DNA of 54,444 nucleotides, filler included, from Sphacelaria rigidula (lineage: Eukaryota): assembly GCA_964200075.2 (NCBI GenBank). It is 4 parts of 4 records of this genome, joined end to end, with 100 filler letters (N's around TTAATTAATTAA, not from the genome) between each part and the next. Parts side by side here need not be neighbours in the genome. Positions count along the whole stretch, not along the records: positions 1 to 13,541 come from CAXNAA020002820.1; positions 13,642 to 27,177 come from CAXNAA020002821.1; 2 more parts are not named here. One strand, written 5' to 3'. The translations under genes were made by a program, and so were the position numbers. Positions within the stretch are counted from its first letter, which is position 1. Every line of letters begins with the position of its first letter. The notes under the pieces are model-generated. The model did no database searches. It was not told the origin of the DNA and saw only the letters and a program-made list of their open reading frames with translations. Below, in pieces: positions 12,863 through 24,873 of the stretch.

Positions 12863-12880
12863 CAAGCTCATCACCTACCA
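12863..12880 (-). promoter_or_regulatory. Candidate primer-binding site of Gypsy element 1
   Basis: Minus strand ...GATGCA-ATTA-TGGTAGGTGATGAGCTTG; begins TGG (complement of tRNA CCA) upstream of gag; matching tRNA not verified. Confidence 0.35.
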
Positions 12881-13541
12881 TAATTGCATCTATGGGATCG
12901 TGTCGTGTGCCTCGACTACAAACCACTAGTAATCCGGGAAAAATTGGGGGGGCGTGAGATAATGTTGCACCTTTGGCTACAGGCTGTCGCTATCGTGCGC
13001 TTGTGTATTGTACATCCTGTAGATGTGTGTGAGCGTCGCCGGCATTTCAGGTCATCGGGACAGGGCGGGCGCGGAGCAGAGGCAAGTATACCAACCTCGC
13101 TAAGCCCGCCAGACTTTTCGGCTTTCGTCAGTGTTTGTTGGTAATTTAGTTCAACAGTTTCAACAAGAAATTCAAACAAACCTAAAAAAATCGTAAACAA
13201 ATCTCTGAACAAAGTCATAACGATGGTAAAAAGACTGCCCTCCGGCGGGGGAGTCGGGGGGGGGGGGGGGCTCCGTGTCCGAGTTTCTTCTCTCGACAGA
13301 CCCCTGGTCTGTCGGGAAAAAAATAGGCGTTTTCAGTGAGACCGAGATATGGGGAAGGGGGCAGTCTATCTCACACTCCTCGTGTACTGTACCGGCGATG
13401 GTTTCAGGGGGGTTGGTACGCCTCTCTATCGGGCGCGCTCACGAAGGAGATGTGAAGCCGTATGCCCTCCACACCCTGGACAATAGACGGCATCTATTGC
13501 GATAGCGATCGAATCTGCTTCAGTAGATGCCAATATTGTCG

Positions 13542-13641
13542 NNNNNNNNNNNNNNNNNNNNNNNNNNNNNNNNNNNNNNNNNNNNTTAATTAATTAANNN
13601 NNNNNNNNNNNNNNNNNNNNNNNNNNNNNNNNNNNNNNNNN
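13542..13641. other. Artificial contig spacer
   Basis: N44-TTAATTAATTAA-N44; six-frame stop linker. Confidence 0.98.
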
Positions 13642-13756
13642 GTGATGGAGGTGGAGAAAAGCACACGTGGAATTAAAAAATGACTCACTTGAAGGGAATG
13701 ATCAAAGCCACTCTCAATCGTATCATCTACTACTCTCAATCTCACGAAAGCACTGT

Positions 13757-14078
13757 TGTGAGTGGCCTGCGAACTACTGTTCCGAATTTCTACCGATCCG
13801 ATTCTTGAAAGGCGAATGCCCCGGGGAATATTTAGAGTTGGACCGTGAAATTTGGTATGGACAATACGTAGAGCATAGTAAAAAACCGAGAAGAAGCACC
13901 AGAAGTTTTTTTTTTTCGTGAGTTAATTTAAGGGCAATAATCATTTATCAGGTTTCAGCCTTAACTCACAAAAAAAAACTTCTGGTGCTTCTTCCCGATT
14001 TTTTATTATGCCCCACGTATGATCCATACCAAATTTCAGGGTCTACCTCCAAATATTGCCCGGCGCATCCACCTTCAA
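13757..14078. mobile_element. Foldback MITE remnant; related end fragment at ~26913-27005
   Basis: Inverted arms ~13806-13926 and 13961-14078; GAGTGGCCTGC.AA.TACTGTTCCGAATTTCTACCGA recurs at ~26915. Confidence 0.8.
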
Positions 14079-14131
14079 ACTTTCATCCAGCCTCTAGGCT
14101 GGCCCAGCTCGTAGGGTGCGTGTATACTACT

Positions 14132-14240
14132 TTGGTTGCAACGGTGAAAACAAATAAACCTCAGGATTGATTCGTACCGTACGAATCAATCACGCTAAAA
14201 CCAGGTAATTCACAGACGAATCATTCATTTGTTCGGCCCT
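14132..14240 (+). repeat. Dispersed repeat (probable MITE end); inverted copy at ~41198-41303
   Basis: GGTTGCAACG.TGAAAACAAA...CAGACGAATCATTCATT matches the reverse complement of 41198-41303; contains a 13-bp perfect palindromic stem at 14165-14191. Confidence 0.75.
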
Positions 14241-15490
14241 TGATTTTTTTTCCCCCCGCCGCGTTTTTCCGACTAAAAGATATTTCGACTGAGACACACA
14301 AGGTCTCCATCAATTGTTTGTTGTGGAGGAGAAGACAGAAGGCAGGGGGAAAGCTTGACAAGAGGATGACGGGAACTGAATTTTGTTCGTCGAAAGTTGA
14401 TACAAAAAAAGGAAAATGTCACCCCATCGTATCACACAGTTCCGCCGCCGCGACGTATCAGAGGCCCTCCAGAGCAAAGGCAACAGCTGCGTAATGCGTT
14501 CTACCGGGCTTCGTTCGGCGCTATGCTCCATAGTGGTAGCTTCTGCCTTGCAGGTAATGAGAAATTTACCTGATAACTACGCGATAGAGCCGTGTGAAAC
14601 CGTCAAACCGCCTGTCTGTGAACATGCGGTGGAGCGGTCAGGTCTGTGCTGCTGACCCATCCATGCTACTCTACCGTACCATACACTCACTATCGCTGTA
14701 TACAACTTGCCTATGCTGTGTAACAGGCATCCATTTCCCTCAATTGCGGTCCAGCCTCATCAACGAGCGGCGGTGTTTAGTTTTTTTTTATGTGGATTGA
14801 CACCCCTGGATGTTTAGCCGGGACGAAAGTACAGTAGGATACTCTGATGTCGACAGTCACATTGTTTGAAATTGCGGAACGGAACATGTGTCCGACAGGG
14901 AGCCGCGCTCCCACGTATTTTTGTCGATCATGTATCACGGTAGTAATGTGGTATTGGGAATACCACGGGCGCTGCGCTTGTACACTTGTCTAAAAAGTGC
15001 TTGCTGTTGCTCCAAAACAGACAACAGCCGTACACTGGAAGGGCTCAAGTTTTCATCAAGACAGTCGTTACTGTATTCATATTGCAAGTTCACGATCCTT
15101 GTTTGCAGCGTCGAGGAGGTTGCGCCTTCAACTTTCAGTTCTTGGTACGATACTCATACACTGTGCAGCACGTATATACAGCTCAAACTATGATGGTATG
15201 GCTCATCGATATTTTGTCCTGTTGAGACAGCAGTTTGGCTGGCAAGAGACTTCCCCCTGCACCTGGCTCTTCTCCAATGCTACTCAGAGTACCTACTGTC
15301 CCAACATATCTCGCTGCAGTCGTTGGCGGCGAAAACAAAAACGTGCCGCCGCTCGCCATCCGCGCTTTTGCAAGCACGATGGTCGCCACAGGGAACGGCC
15401 CTTGTGGACTTGCGGTTGCGTTATTTTACTGTGGTTGGGGCAGGCTTGGATGAAGGAAAAGCCACGAACCCCCACCCCCCCCTCGTCACA

Positions 15491-15588
15491 TTGCCTGGTC
15501 CGGCAAAAACCCGGCGTGCTCCGCCCCGGCTTTGTAGGGATGCGATACCAATGGTCATATAAGTACGGCACGCAAGATCATGAGTACA
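15491..15588 (+). mobile_element. ~98-bp non-autonomous retroposon homologous to the LINE 3' end
   Basis: Homologous to 53408-53500(-) and to the LINE end 37463-37540(-); ends TGAGTACA; TSD CCCCCTCGTCACA (15478-15490) / CCCCCCCGTCACA (15589-15601). Confidence 0.8.
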
Positions 15589-15655
15589 CCCCCCCGTCAC
15601 AGCGTCAGACTCTCTTGTTCACAGCGCATTAACGCGCATGATTTTCGCGTTCAAT

Positions 15656-15978
15656 GCACTCGGTGGTTTAATGGTGTAACTGACACAATTACAGTAGGGC
15701 GAGAAAAACGCGGGTTTGATTCCCGCCAGGTGTGACTACAGTAGCTCGGCTTTTTCTCAGATCTAATTTTCGTCACTGAAGGCGTGAGGGTGTGGATAGC
15801 AAAAAGGGTCTGTTCGGCTGAGTTTGTCAGATGGCAGTCGACTGGGTGCGGGAGTGCGTGATGATCTAATTGGCGATATCAAAATCCAAGGCGTTTACCG
15901 GGGATGAGATGTGTTGATTCCTTGAGACCACGAACTGTAACTGAGGAAGGGGACACGTTGGAAATGAGAGCAAACAAT
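15656..15978 (+). mobile_element. tRNA-derived SINE family A (diverged copy)
   Basis: A-box TGGTTTAATGG, B-box GGTTTGATTCC; body motifs GGTGCGGGAG and GTTGATTCCTTGAGACCACG shared with other copies; A-rich end. Confidence 0.8.
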
Positions 15979-16515
15979 ATTAAAATTCAAACCCTTTTTA
16001 TTGAAGAGGATTTTCCCCTCTTTCATAATCCCCTTTTTGGAAAACCACTGCTGATTGATCGCTGCGATACCACCCCCCAAAAATGTGCCCAGAAATACCC
16101 CTTTTGGAAAAAAATGGACTTCGGGACACCTCGAAGGGAAACATATACGTCCCGTTGACAAGGGCACATGCAAAGGCTTACCACCTACCACACATCTCAA
16201 CACAATCAGAGCTGAACCTCAGGAACTTGGTGCGCCCGCCAACCAAAAACACACAGCTCGAGCCCTAGCTGGTCATCAGCTGAGCACGTTGTGCGTGACC
16301 TTGCTCTAATCTGTTCGGAATTCATTGAGATATTATGATTTGTGTGAGACGCGCGCGCAGCACGCGCACACAAACGGTCAGCAACGACACGTTTTCGGTT
16401 GTTTTTGACACGCACGCGGCCGCCATTCGTCCAATACAGAACGGATTCTCTTCAAACAAGGACTGCAGTGTGTAGATTAGCAAGGTCTAGGGCTGGAACT
16501 AATGCGCGTGAGTGG

Positions 16516-16721
16516 TGGGTGTCCGTGCGTGTTTTTCGGGGCTGAGTTTGTCGATGTTGTGTTGCCTTTGTTGCGTCTGGTCTGCAGCATTACGGAGACC
16601 GTAGACTAATGAGCACTTGGGGTGTCCGTGCGTGTTTTTCGGGGCTGAGTTTGTCGATGTTGTGTTGCCTTTGTTGCGTCTGGTCTGCAGCATTACAGAG
16701 ACCGTAGACTAACGAGCACTT
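16516..16721. repeat. 103-bp tandem duplication, near-identical copies
   Basis: GGGTGTCCGTGCGTGTTTTTCGGGGCTGAG...GAGCACTT twice, about two substitutions. Confidence 0.92.
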
Positions 16722-18361
16722 CCAGACCCGCCGCATTTCTCAACCTGTGTGCAGATCTGGGGTTCGATCTGTTCAAAACTGCGTCTCTAAAATAATCAAA
16801 ACTGGTCGTTGTGGGGGCAATACCCTTTCCAAAGGGGATTTTCGAAAAATGAAAAATCCCGTTCGATGAGAACCCGCCTGAATGATGAAAATATGTTCAA
16901 CAATGCCGATTCAACAGATGCCCACCCAGGCGGTCAAAGTGTTGAGTTTTCGTTCGAGCCTTGCCCCCAAGCCGCACGTGAGTAGTGGGTCGCTGCTGTC
17001 TCGTCCTAGCTAACATCAACCGAGCTCTATCGCACTCTCGTCGCTCCGCGTCCTTCTTGCTGAAAGCACCTTCACACCCACGCACCGCACGTGGCTTCGA
17101 TGATGTCGAAGATTTTGTCGAGAAGCAAACAAACCATGCTGCGCTTCCGAAAGCACCTGGTTCAAAGGAAGCGCGGATTACCCACCTCAGCCCATCGTCG
17201 CCACAAGTCTTCGATTTTTTTTGTTCGAGCCTGACCCTTATCCATTTCCGAATCATCAAACCCATGCCCAAACCCGAGACAAACCCAGAGCCCTCGGGCA
17301 AGGGGGCGTGCAGAGATCGTGTAGTACCCTAGAAAAGGTGTGCGTTGTGTGGAGCTCCCGTCGGCGCGTGCGGCGCGGAATTGGAGCAAAAACAATTATG
17401 CTGGATAAATGGGTGCGCTGGCGAGTACTGGAGACTGTCAACTTCCCTGAGATCCGATGTCTGTACTACTGTAGAAACCAAGTGCATTTCAACGGTGGAG
17501 TTTTCACAAGGTGGTTTGCGTGAGTTGTACCGGTTTTGATAGGAAGCCAACGACGGGGATTCCATTTTTTGCCGGACGGCTTTTGGCTTTTTGGCGGCTT
17601 GACCGACCTTATGCTACCACAATGAACCGACGTTGCAAAAGTTGCCGTGCGGGGGGGGCTGCATCCGTCACCTACTCTTACATAGTAAGACAGATCAGAA
17701 TTATATATATATATATATATTAATTGCACCCAGCCTTCAGCAGATATTTGGTATGTTTTGGACGAAACATTCTCTCCAGCGCATACTAAGAATACGGCGG
17801 TATATTTTATTTGGACCCCCTGATCAGGGAGAGGGTATACCCCCGTCAATTTGACCGTTCCAGAGTGGAGTGTCCAGCGAATCTTTTTCGCGGCGCACGA
17901 ACGGGGTGGTGATCTCGATCGGACTTTCGCCGTTTTTGTCGGAACACGCAGCGTTCGGCTACGTTTTTACGGTATGCGTGTACTGCATGAAAAATAGAAC
18001 GAAATCAAGCGAGATGGCAATTAGCACAGCTGCGCAGTCGCTGGTTATCTCAGGAGTTTCATCATCCTCAGAGACAAAATAACAAGCGTGTTCCTGAAGG
18101 AAAGTCCGGAGTCCTCGTTGATTGAAACTTGACAGTTCTGCTAATCTTCACTGGTTTCTTTGGACAACCGCAGAAGTTCAAGAAACTTGTGGAACTGGGA
18201 CAAATTTCACGATCTACGAATCGCTGACGACCTCATGCTTCCCGTCAGGCACACGCTCGTCGTGTTGTCGTTTTCTGAAAGTAGTGCAGACTGGTCGACG
18301 GGGATCCCATAAAATAACATGCTGTGCATTTCCCTCGTCATTTTAAAGAATTTACTGTAGC

Positions 18362-18705
18362 TGTGGAGGTCGTGAGACTCCCGGTGACGGTAGGAACCGT
18401 CGAAGATGGCCGATGATTTTCCTCGTATTATTTAGTCAAGGATTGACCGTAAGTCGTGGGGTGCAGGCAAGTATATCACTCGGGAAAGCTCGACGAGCGC
18501 GAGCGAATACGCCGGACGAAGAATTGATCCTCAGGGATGGCCAGCAATTCGCTGGAAAGATCCCTGTTACCTTGGGGTCCCAGATTCGACTATACAGGTA
18601 TATGAGTTTCGGGGCTCCCGGGAAATACCCCTGTAACAGCCGTTCACTAGGTTACCCGTCATGAAAGGAAATCTCTCCGCACATGCCAAAATGGCGCTTT
18701 CCACA
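18362..18705 (-). repeat. Candidate 3' LTR of Gypsy element 2
   Basis: Starts TGTGGAAAG directly after the PPT on the minus strand; terminal inverted repeat TGTGGA...TCCACA; an alternative distal end at 18188 (TGTGGAA) is possible. Confidence 0.6.
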
Positions 18706-18728
18706 TCCCCCCCCCCCCCCCTCCCCCC
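18706..18728 (-). promoter_or_regulatory. Polypurine tract
   Basis: G-rich purine run on the minus strand immediately before TGT. Confidence 0.75.
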
Positions 18729-19294
18729 TGATGCGCCTCGAGTCCATCCGTGAAGGCTCGTGGCGGACATTCGGGAGAGTGATATTTTTGAGAGCCTCAG
18801 TCGTATGTGCTCTTGAGATACTTTTATAGTGGCCTGTAGTGGAACGCGTCATATCCTCTATACTGGGTGTTGAGAAACACACACCAATAAATTTTATCGA
18901 CGTTTTCGTACAGGCTCGTGTAATAAAGAATGCAGAATATATTTTTTTCCTTTAAATTTCGTGCAAGCCTCGTTCGGTGATAAGCTGAACGATCTGCACA
19001 GATTACCGTGTCCGACGGTCTGTTCCAATGAGGTCCGCTCATGACTTGGATAGGAGTGGAGCCATGGTGGCCGCGTGATGATACTAGGTAGCTAGGGAGA
19101 GCTCGATATCGGAGACAGCGGCGGTAAAAATATGCTTTTCTTTTCTCGGAGCATTTTGCTCGGACTTTAGAGAGCTTTTACGGTAATCCTTGTCAGCAGT
19201 TTCCCTTCTGATGATGAGAGCTTGATTCAAAGACCAAGCCTCTCTTCACCGTCGACCTGTATTCGATCGTGAGACCTGTCCCGATATTATTGTT

Positions 19295-19740
19295 TGTCGT
19301 GTAGGTATGACACGTTTTTTTTTTTTTCCTAGCTCCTCTCATGATTTTATACCTTTCCTCTGGATTGTTGAGACGGCGAGTCAAGTTAGCGCGTATTATT
19401 CAATCTTGAATTGGTTTAGTACGCGTTTATGTCTGAATATTATGTTGGTCGCGTAGGTTAGTCGCGTAGGTATCACACGAGAAAACTACTTCAGCTTGCC
19501 TTGTATGTATGTTTTGTTTCTCGATTTCTTTGAGACGGTTAGTCATGACAGCGCGTAATGTTCAACCTGTTTTGATTTGATACGCGTGTTTGTCCAGACA
19601 TTTGTTAGTCATGTAGGTATGACACGATTTTTGTTTTTCAGCTCGCCTTATATGTTTCTCTTTCTCCGAATTTCGAGATGGCGAGTCAAGTTAGCGCGTA
19701 TTATTCACCTTGTGTTTGATTCGATACGCGTTCATGAGTT
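19295..19740 (-). repeat. Three diverged ~150-165-bp tandem units at the pol stop / 3' UTR
   Basis: GTAGGTAT(G/C)ACACG...GAGA(C/T)GG..AGTCA.G..AGCGCGTA.T.TTCA...TACGCGT recurs three times. Confidence 0.8.
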
Positions 19741-22700
19741 GTTGACATTGTCGTATCTCGTCCGCTCGGCACTTTAAGTCTGCTGACGGCCCGTAGCCTT
19801 GAAGACGGACACGGTATTTGCAGTCTTGATGGGCCTCTCTTCCCGGACCTCGTTTGTTGCCCACCACCCTGTCAACGACGTAACGTTCAATTCTTGGTTT
19901 CGTTACTTCCGGACGGTCAAGTTGGTGCAGGGGTAATTTTATGCATAGGAAATACTCATCGAGTCGGTCAAACTCGGGAGCTGGGGGTCGTTGTCGTGTA
20001 TAATGCTTGAGGTGAGTGAGGTGTACTGACGTCTCTTTAGCATCCTCTCTTATCTTGACCGTATAGACAATCGGAGAAAATTGGTTGACGACCTTGGATG
20101 GCCCCCGCCATGGTAACACCAACTTTAGATCTGGACCGTCTGTGTCTTGGTGTGGCCTGAATAGTGGTTCTTGTTAGCCAGGTTTAAAGACAGGGTATGG
20201 CTTGAGCTTAGCATTGCCTGCGATTTGATTGTCTGCTCGTCTTTTCAAGTTGCGTTTTGCAATTTCAAAAGCCAGCCGCAAGTTGTCTTGTCTCGTTCGC
20301 GTATTGCTCAGCATCTACAGCGTGCCCTGTTTCTGAAATGCCCAAAATAATGTCGATATGTAAGTTTGGTTGACGTCCGAACATGAGAAAATAGGGTGTT
20401 TTTTGCACTGTGGTGTTGAATGATGTATTTTACGCCATTTGCACGAAGGGTAGTAAGTCGCCCAGTTGTCTTGTTTGACGGAGCTATGCATGGGGCCAAC
20501 ATGGCGTGTAAATCCGAGTGTACGTGTTCTGCAACAGAGTTGCCTCGAGAGCGGAACGGTGTCGTGCGTGTTTTGTCAAATTTAAGGATCAACTGCAACT
20601 GGTATATTACCCGGTCTCCAAAATCCTTGCCCTGATCGGAGTGTAATTTTTCTGGAATCGCAAATGTCGTGAGGACACGGTCGACTAGCACTGTTGCCAC
20701 AGTATCGGCTGATTTGTTTGGGATGGGAATAAGCAGTGCATATCGTGTTAGATGATGCATAACAGACATCACATACTTACACGGCACACAGGCTGATGAA
20801 AGTGATATCGTCTTGTATTCGACAAGATCTATCGATATCCGGTCACAAGGTCTGTTCACTGATGTGGCCTACAGGCAGTTGCTGACGGTTTTTGGCCGTC
20901 TTTCTCCTCTGACAGGAATCGCAAGGTTGACAACATTTTCGCACATCTTGGCTCATTGTCGGCCAATAATATTTGTTGTCTTGGCACCGATCGCGATAGA
21001 CTGGTGCTAGCAGACGCTCTGGTTAATTTCGTTTTGCACTCACATCACGATCATATCTTGTCTGGAGGTCACCTCGGATTCAAGCCGACCTGCTTTTTCA
21101 GTGCTTTGAACATGTCTTGCATTAGGGTCAGGTGGCTTTCCCATGTGAAGGAACAGGCCATCAAATCATCCATGTACACTAATAGACCGCTCTTGAGTTC
21201 AAAGTGTGAGAAAGTAAGAGCCATTATTCGCGAGAAAATGAACGGGGAAGATGCCAAGCCGAACGGTAGTCGGTTGAAAAGCCACTTGCCTTTCTCGGTG
21301 ACCAAGGCCATTTTTTATTTCTACTCCGCTATTGGGATCTGATGGAACGCGCTCTGTAATCAGAGACAGATAAATTTTGCGCCTGCCACCGTGTCTACAT
21401 GACTTTCCAAATTAGGCATGGGGCATGATTTTCGCACAAGACGTTTATTGAGCGTGGATCTATAGTCGACACAAAATCGGGCTGTGTCGTCATGTTTGGC
21501 TGCCGTTGTCACCGCAGAGTCCCATGGGCTGGCTCTTTGTTCAATTATCCTGTCTCTTTCCATGTCATCTACGCATTTATCGATGGCTTCTTGAATCCTG
21601 GGATTGGCCCTGTACGGAGCCCTATCGACGGGTTTCGTGCCCGGAACTAGGGGAAAAGTTGCCTCACTGATCACACAACAACCTAGCTCCCGCGATGACG
21701 GTGAGAAGACTGACCTGTATTTGATATATAAATCAAGCACTTTGCTCTTGTGATATTCAGAAAACGTTGCATTTTTGAATGCATTTTCGAGTGCTGTTGT
21801 CAGTTCTTCTTGTGCGTCAGTATTTTGCTGTTCAACTTGTGAAGTTGTACTTATGTTTTCCGTCGGCTTGTTTATTTGAAGTTGTGAACTTTCACTGACG
21901 TTTTCCGTCGGCTTGTTTTTCTCAACTTATGAGATGTATCCCAAGAGCAAATTTCGTGGGAGTTGGCCATGCCGATTCGACTGATTTGCGACATGTACCA
22001 TAGCTGTTTTGTTGACCGCTAACCAAGTGCAGGCTGTGCGTGCTACGACGAGGCGGCTGAAAGCATCCGTTACTTTCTTGGATTGGAGGTGTTCACCCGT
22101 TACAACTCGTGGCTCAATGACCGCTTCAGTTGTAAGTTTCGGCGGCTCATTTGTTTCGACAGGAAGAGCCATCTGACTTCGAGGTGGGACCGAGCACTTC
22201 TTTGAGAGGTACACCGGTGCATTTTCAGCCGATGCTGCCCGTATGACAGAACAAGAATTATTTTCCGAAAATGTCGGATGAGCTCTTCTGTCTTTTCTTC
22301 TATGAGCAGCTGTGAGGCAAACTGTTGAAGTACGAAACGTCAAAGTTTCTGCATGCCAGTCAAGAATCCCTCCGAATGCGCTCATCACTGAGTTCTCTCT
22401 CAGCATAAGATCCGGACCGAGATCCCCGAGGACAAATGCTTCGACGGGCATGGTTACGTCGCCTCGCGTGAGGTCAAAGCGTATAAATCTCTTTATCGTG
22501 ATTGATGAACCGTCGACGCTTCTTGGATCAATAGAACGTGGTGAGACTGATTGAATGTCCTCCTCGCTCAATGTGGGGTGTGAGCGGATGAACTTCAAAC
22601 TGATGATCTGGAGGTCTGAAGCAGCATCAATGGTTATGGCTGGAACCTCCGTTCCATTTACTCTGGCGGGAATCTGCACCCTCGCTGATCCAGGTCGCAA
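19691..22700 (-). pseudogene. pol: pol pseudogene of Gypsy element 2
   Basis: Degenerate protease (VNGTEVPAITIDAASD); RT SPWDSAV, RFCVDYR, RLPFGL, YMDD; integrase KYYWPTM...CDSC, SIDL, HSDQG; C-terminal chromodomain YVVDRVVG...KYRVRLQGYGPSAD; no RNase H present. Confidence 0.9.
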
Positions 22701-23242
22701 CGTAGCCGCGTTTCTAGGGTACCGGGCTCACTCACGTAGGCATGAAGAAAGACTCGAATTCTGTCGAGCCTGGGGGCAAAACATTTGATGTAAGCTTTTC
22801 ATTGTTTTGCACAGACGTCTTGCTTACAAAAGTAGCTTGAGGGGCGATGCCCAGGTGATGCGTCTTGACGTCTCACCTTGACCTGTTTTATTCCCAACTT
22901 GCTCCTGTGTACTAGCCGTCATAGCCCCTTCCACATGTACTCTCTTACATGACCTCACAGAAAGAGCTACGCCTTGGCTAGCAAACCGCACACATTTCTT
23001 GCCCTTTTGATTTTCCGCCAGAGGGTCAGCACCCATTTCACGGTGCGCAATTTTCCCCCTCGATTTCTTGTCCTCTTGTGTCATGCTTGCTACCTTAAAA
23101 ACTTCATCGACTGCTGATTCTACTGCAGTTGCTCTTTTCGCTTGTACACATATCCTATTGCTGGGCGAGGGCCCCTGCTGTGGGCACCACCAAACACCTA
23201 AAGGTGGCAGTTGCTCTTGATGTTTTGTCATTTGACAGTCCC

Positions 23243-24873
23243 CTATGGAGTGGATGTGTTTGAACTTGCACGTTTTCTATGTGCAACGTTCGCCTTTCTT
23301 TCTTGATCGACCATAATTTTCCCCGCTCCCTCTACTCTCCGACCGACTACGTTTTCCGGTCTCGCTGGGAGAGGACGATGGACCACGTTTGTCGCCGGGA
23401 TGCAGAGAACTTTTTTTGGACCTTCATCTGTCACCGCCAGCCCACCGCCTCTATTTCAACAGTTTTTCAATATGCTGACCTTGGCCAGCGACTGTTTCCG
23501 CAAGCTGAGATAAGTTATGCATAGCGAGAGATGAAACTTGGGTCGTAGAGGGATCGGGAACCTGAGGCTGAGTCATTTCATGTTTTTTCGCGTGGGCTCT
23601 GGCAACTTGGAAGCAATGGGTGGCATCTTCTCGTACCGTTTCGACTCTGATATGTGGTGGGAGTCCTGCTTCAAAAGCAGCCGTTTGGCTGGCTTCCCGC
23701 GCGAAGCTAACCGAGTCCCTACCATGTGGTGTGACTCGTGCGGCTTCTGCGTAAAAACGAGAGTGCGCTTTGGACACTTCTAGCGCGTACTACTCTAGAG
23801 TGTGGTGGTCGTTGAATTTGAGCTCCGCTATAGCCCGAGCGAGGATTGCTATGCGATTAGGTGGAGAGTATAAAGTGCATAAGCATCTACCCACTCGTCC
23901 CGAGTTGTGGATGCTCGGATAGATACCACACCTCCTTGTGCCCGAGTTCGAGATTCGCTTCTGTCCGCCACTCCAAAGTACCGGTTACACACCCTGAACG
24001 ATAGATTCTATTGTCAGAAAATATACTGCGTACAGTATGGAATCTCTTTTCTGTTGCAGTAGGCGCAATAGTCGATACTGTACGCAGTACACTTTTTGAC
24101 TGTATTCTATTGTCCAGGGTATGACCGGTTACGAGATCCGTGTAAGCGTCGAGGACCGTGTCCCTCAGTAAAAGCTGTAAATGCTTGATGCGTCGGCGAT
24201 CGATTTATTCCCGCGTGCACTGGTCTTGCGAGTTGATTTCAACTCGTGAACGGTACTGTCGCATTATAGTCGAAATGTCTTCGGTTGCTAGTCCTCCTAG
24301 AACAATGTCAGAACCGAGATCGTTCTGCTTGAGCGTGAAGCGCGGCGTGTGTACTATTTCGTCGATAGTACTTGGTCGAGTTTGGTTTTCATGCGACGGG
24401 GTCTAATATTGTGACCCTTGTGGTGAAAAATTTCCGACAGGCATGTGAGGCGATGTCCGAGGATTTTCGACCACTTGTTTCGTAGGGGACGCGTCACCTA
24501 CGTTGCTCGGGTGAACTTGGGCGGAAGTCGGCAAGACTTGAGAGGATGTTCCGGGAGAATGTTTTAGTGCAGTGAGTTGATTTACCACGTTGTTATTAGT
24601 CGCTCGGGACAATCGAGGTGGCGTGGTTGGTGCTAGTACCCTACAAGAGCTTGGCGGCGTCGTGTCTTGAGTTGCACCATCACCGTGACGTAAAGGTACC
24701 GAACCACCCTTGACAACTTTTACCTCTGGGTTCGCCTGTTCTGTTACCGCATCATTGTTCACCTGATGCACTGGTTGGACCACGTCGTGAGGGGAATCCA
24801 GCATTCCCAGTGCTCGCAAAGCTCGCCCAGGAGGGTTCGTCCCTATTTCACAATGCTCTTCATTTTTTTTCAA
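23243..24873 (-). pseudogene. gag: gag pseudogene of Gypsy element 2
   Basis: Position upstream of the protease; capsid-like AFEAGLPPHIRVE; fragmented ORFs. Confidence 0.6.
24011..24103. mobile_element. ~93-bp MITE-like insertion in gag
   Basis: Inverted arms GTCAGAAAATATACTGCGTACAGTAT / ATACTGTACGCAGTACACTTTTTGAC; flanking direct repeat ATTCTA(TTGTC) at 24005 and 24104. Confidence 0.75.

Larger units (their letters stand above)
1747..12880 (-). mobile_element. Ty3/Gypsy LTR retrotransposon 1 (chromodomain-bearing), decayed; LTR boundaries not resolved
   Basis: Minus-strand domain order gag(CCHC)-PR-RT-RNaseH-IN-chromo, with integrase after RT/RH as in Ty3/Gypsy; many frameshifts and stops. 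The 3' untranslated part probably extends left of 1747. Confidence 0.93.

Noticed and set aside
13586-13597. TTAATTAATTAA palindrome in the middle of N-runs (three times)
   Set aside because: Identical synthetic six-frame-stop linker; not biological.
14997-15632. 211-aa plus-strand ORF
   Set aside because: No recognisable domain and it runs through the short retroposon; probably chance.
18706-18728. C-run as another oligo(C) LINE target
   Set aside because: No GAGTAC end or LINE sequence adjacent; position fits the Gypsy polypurine tract.
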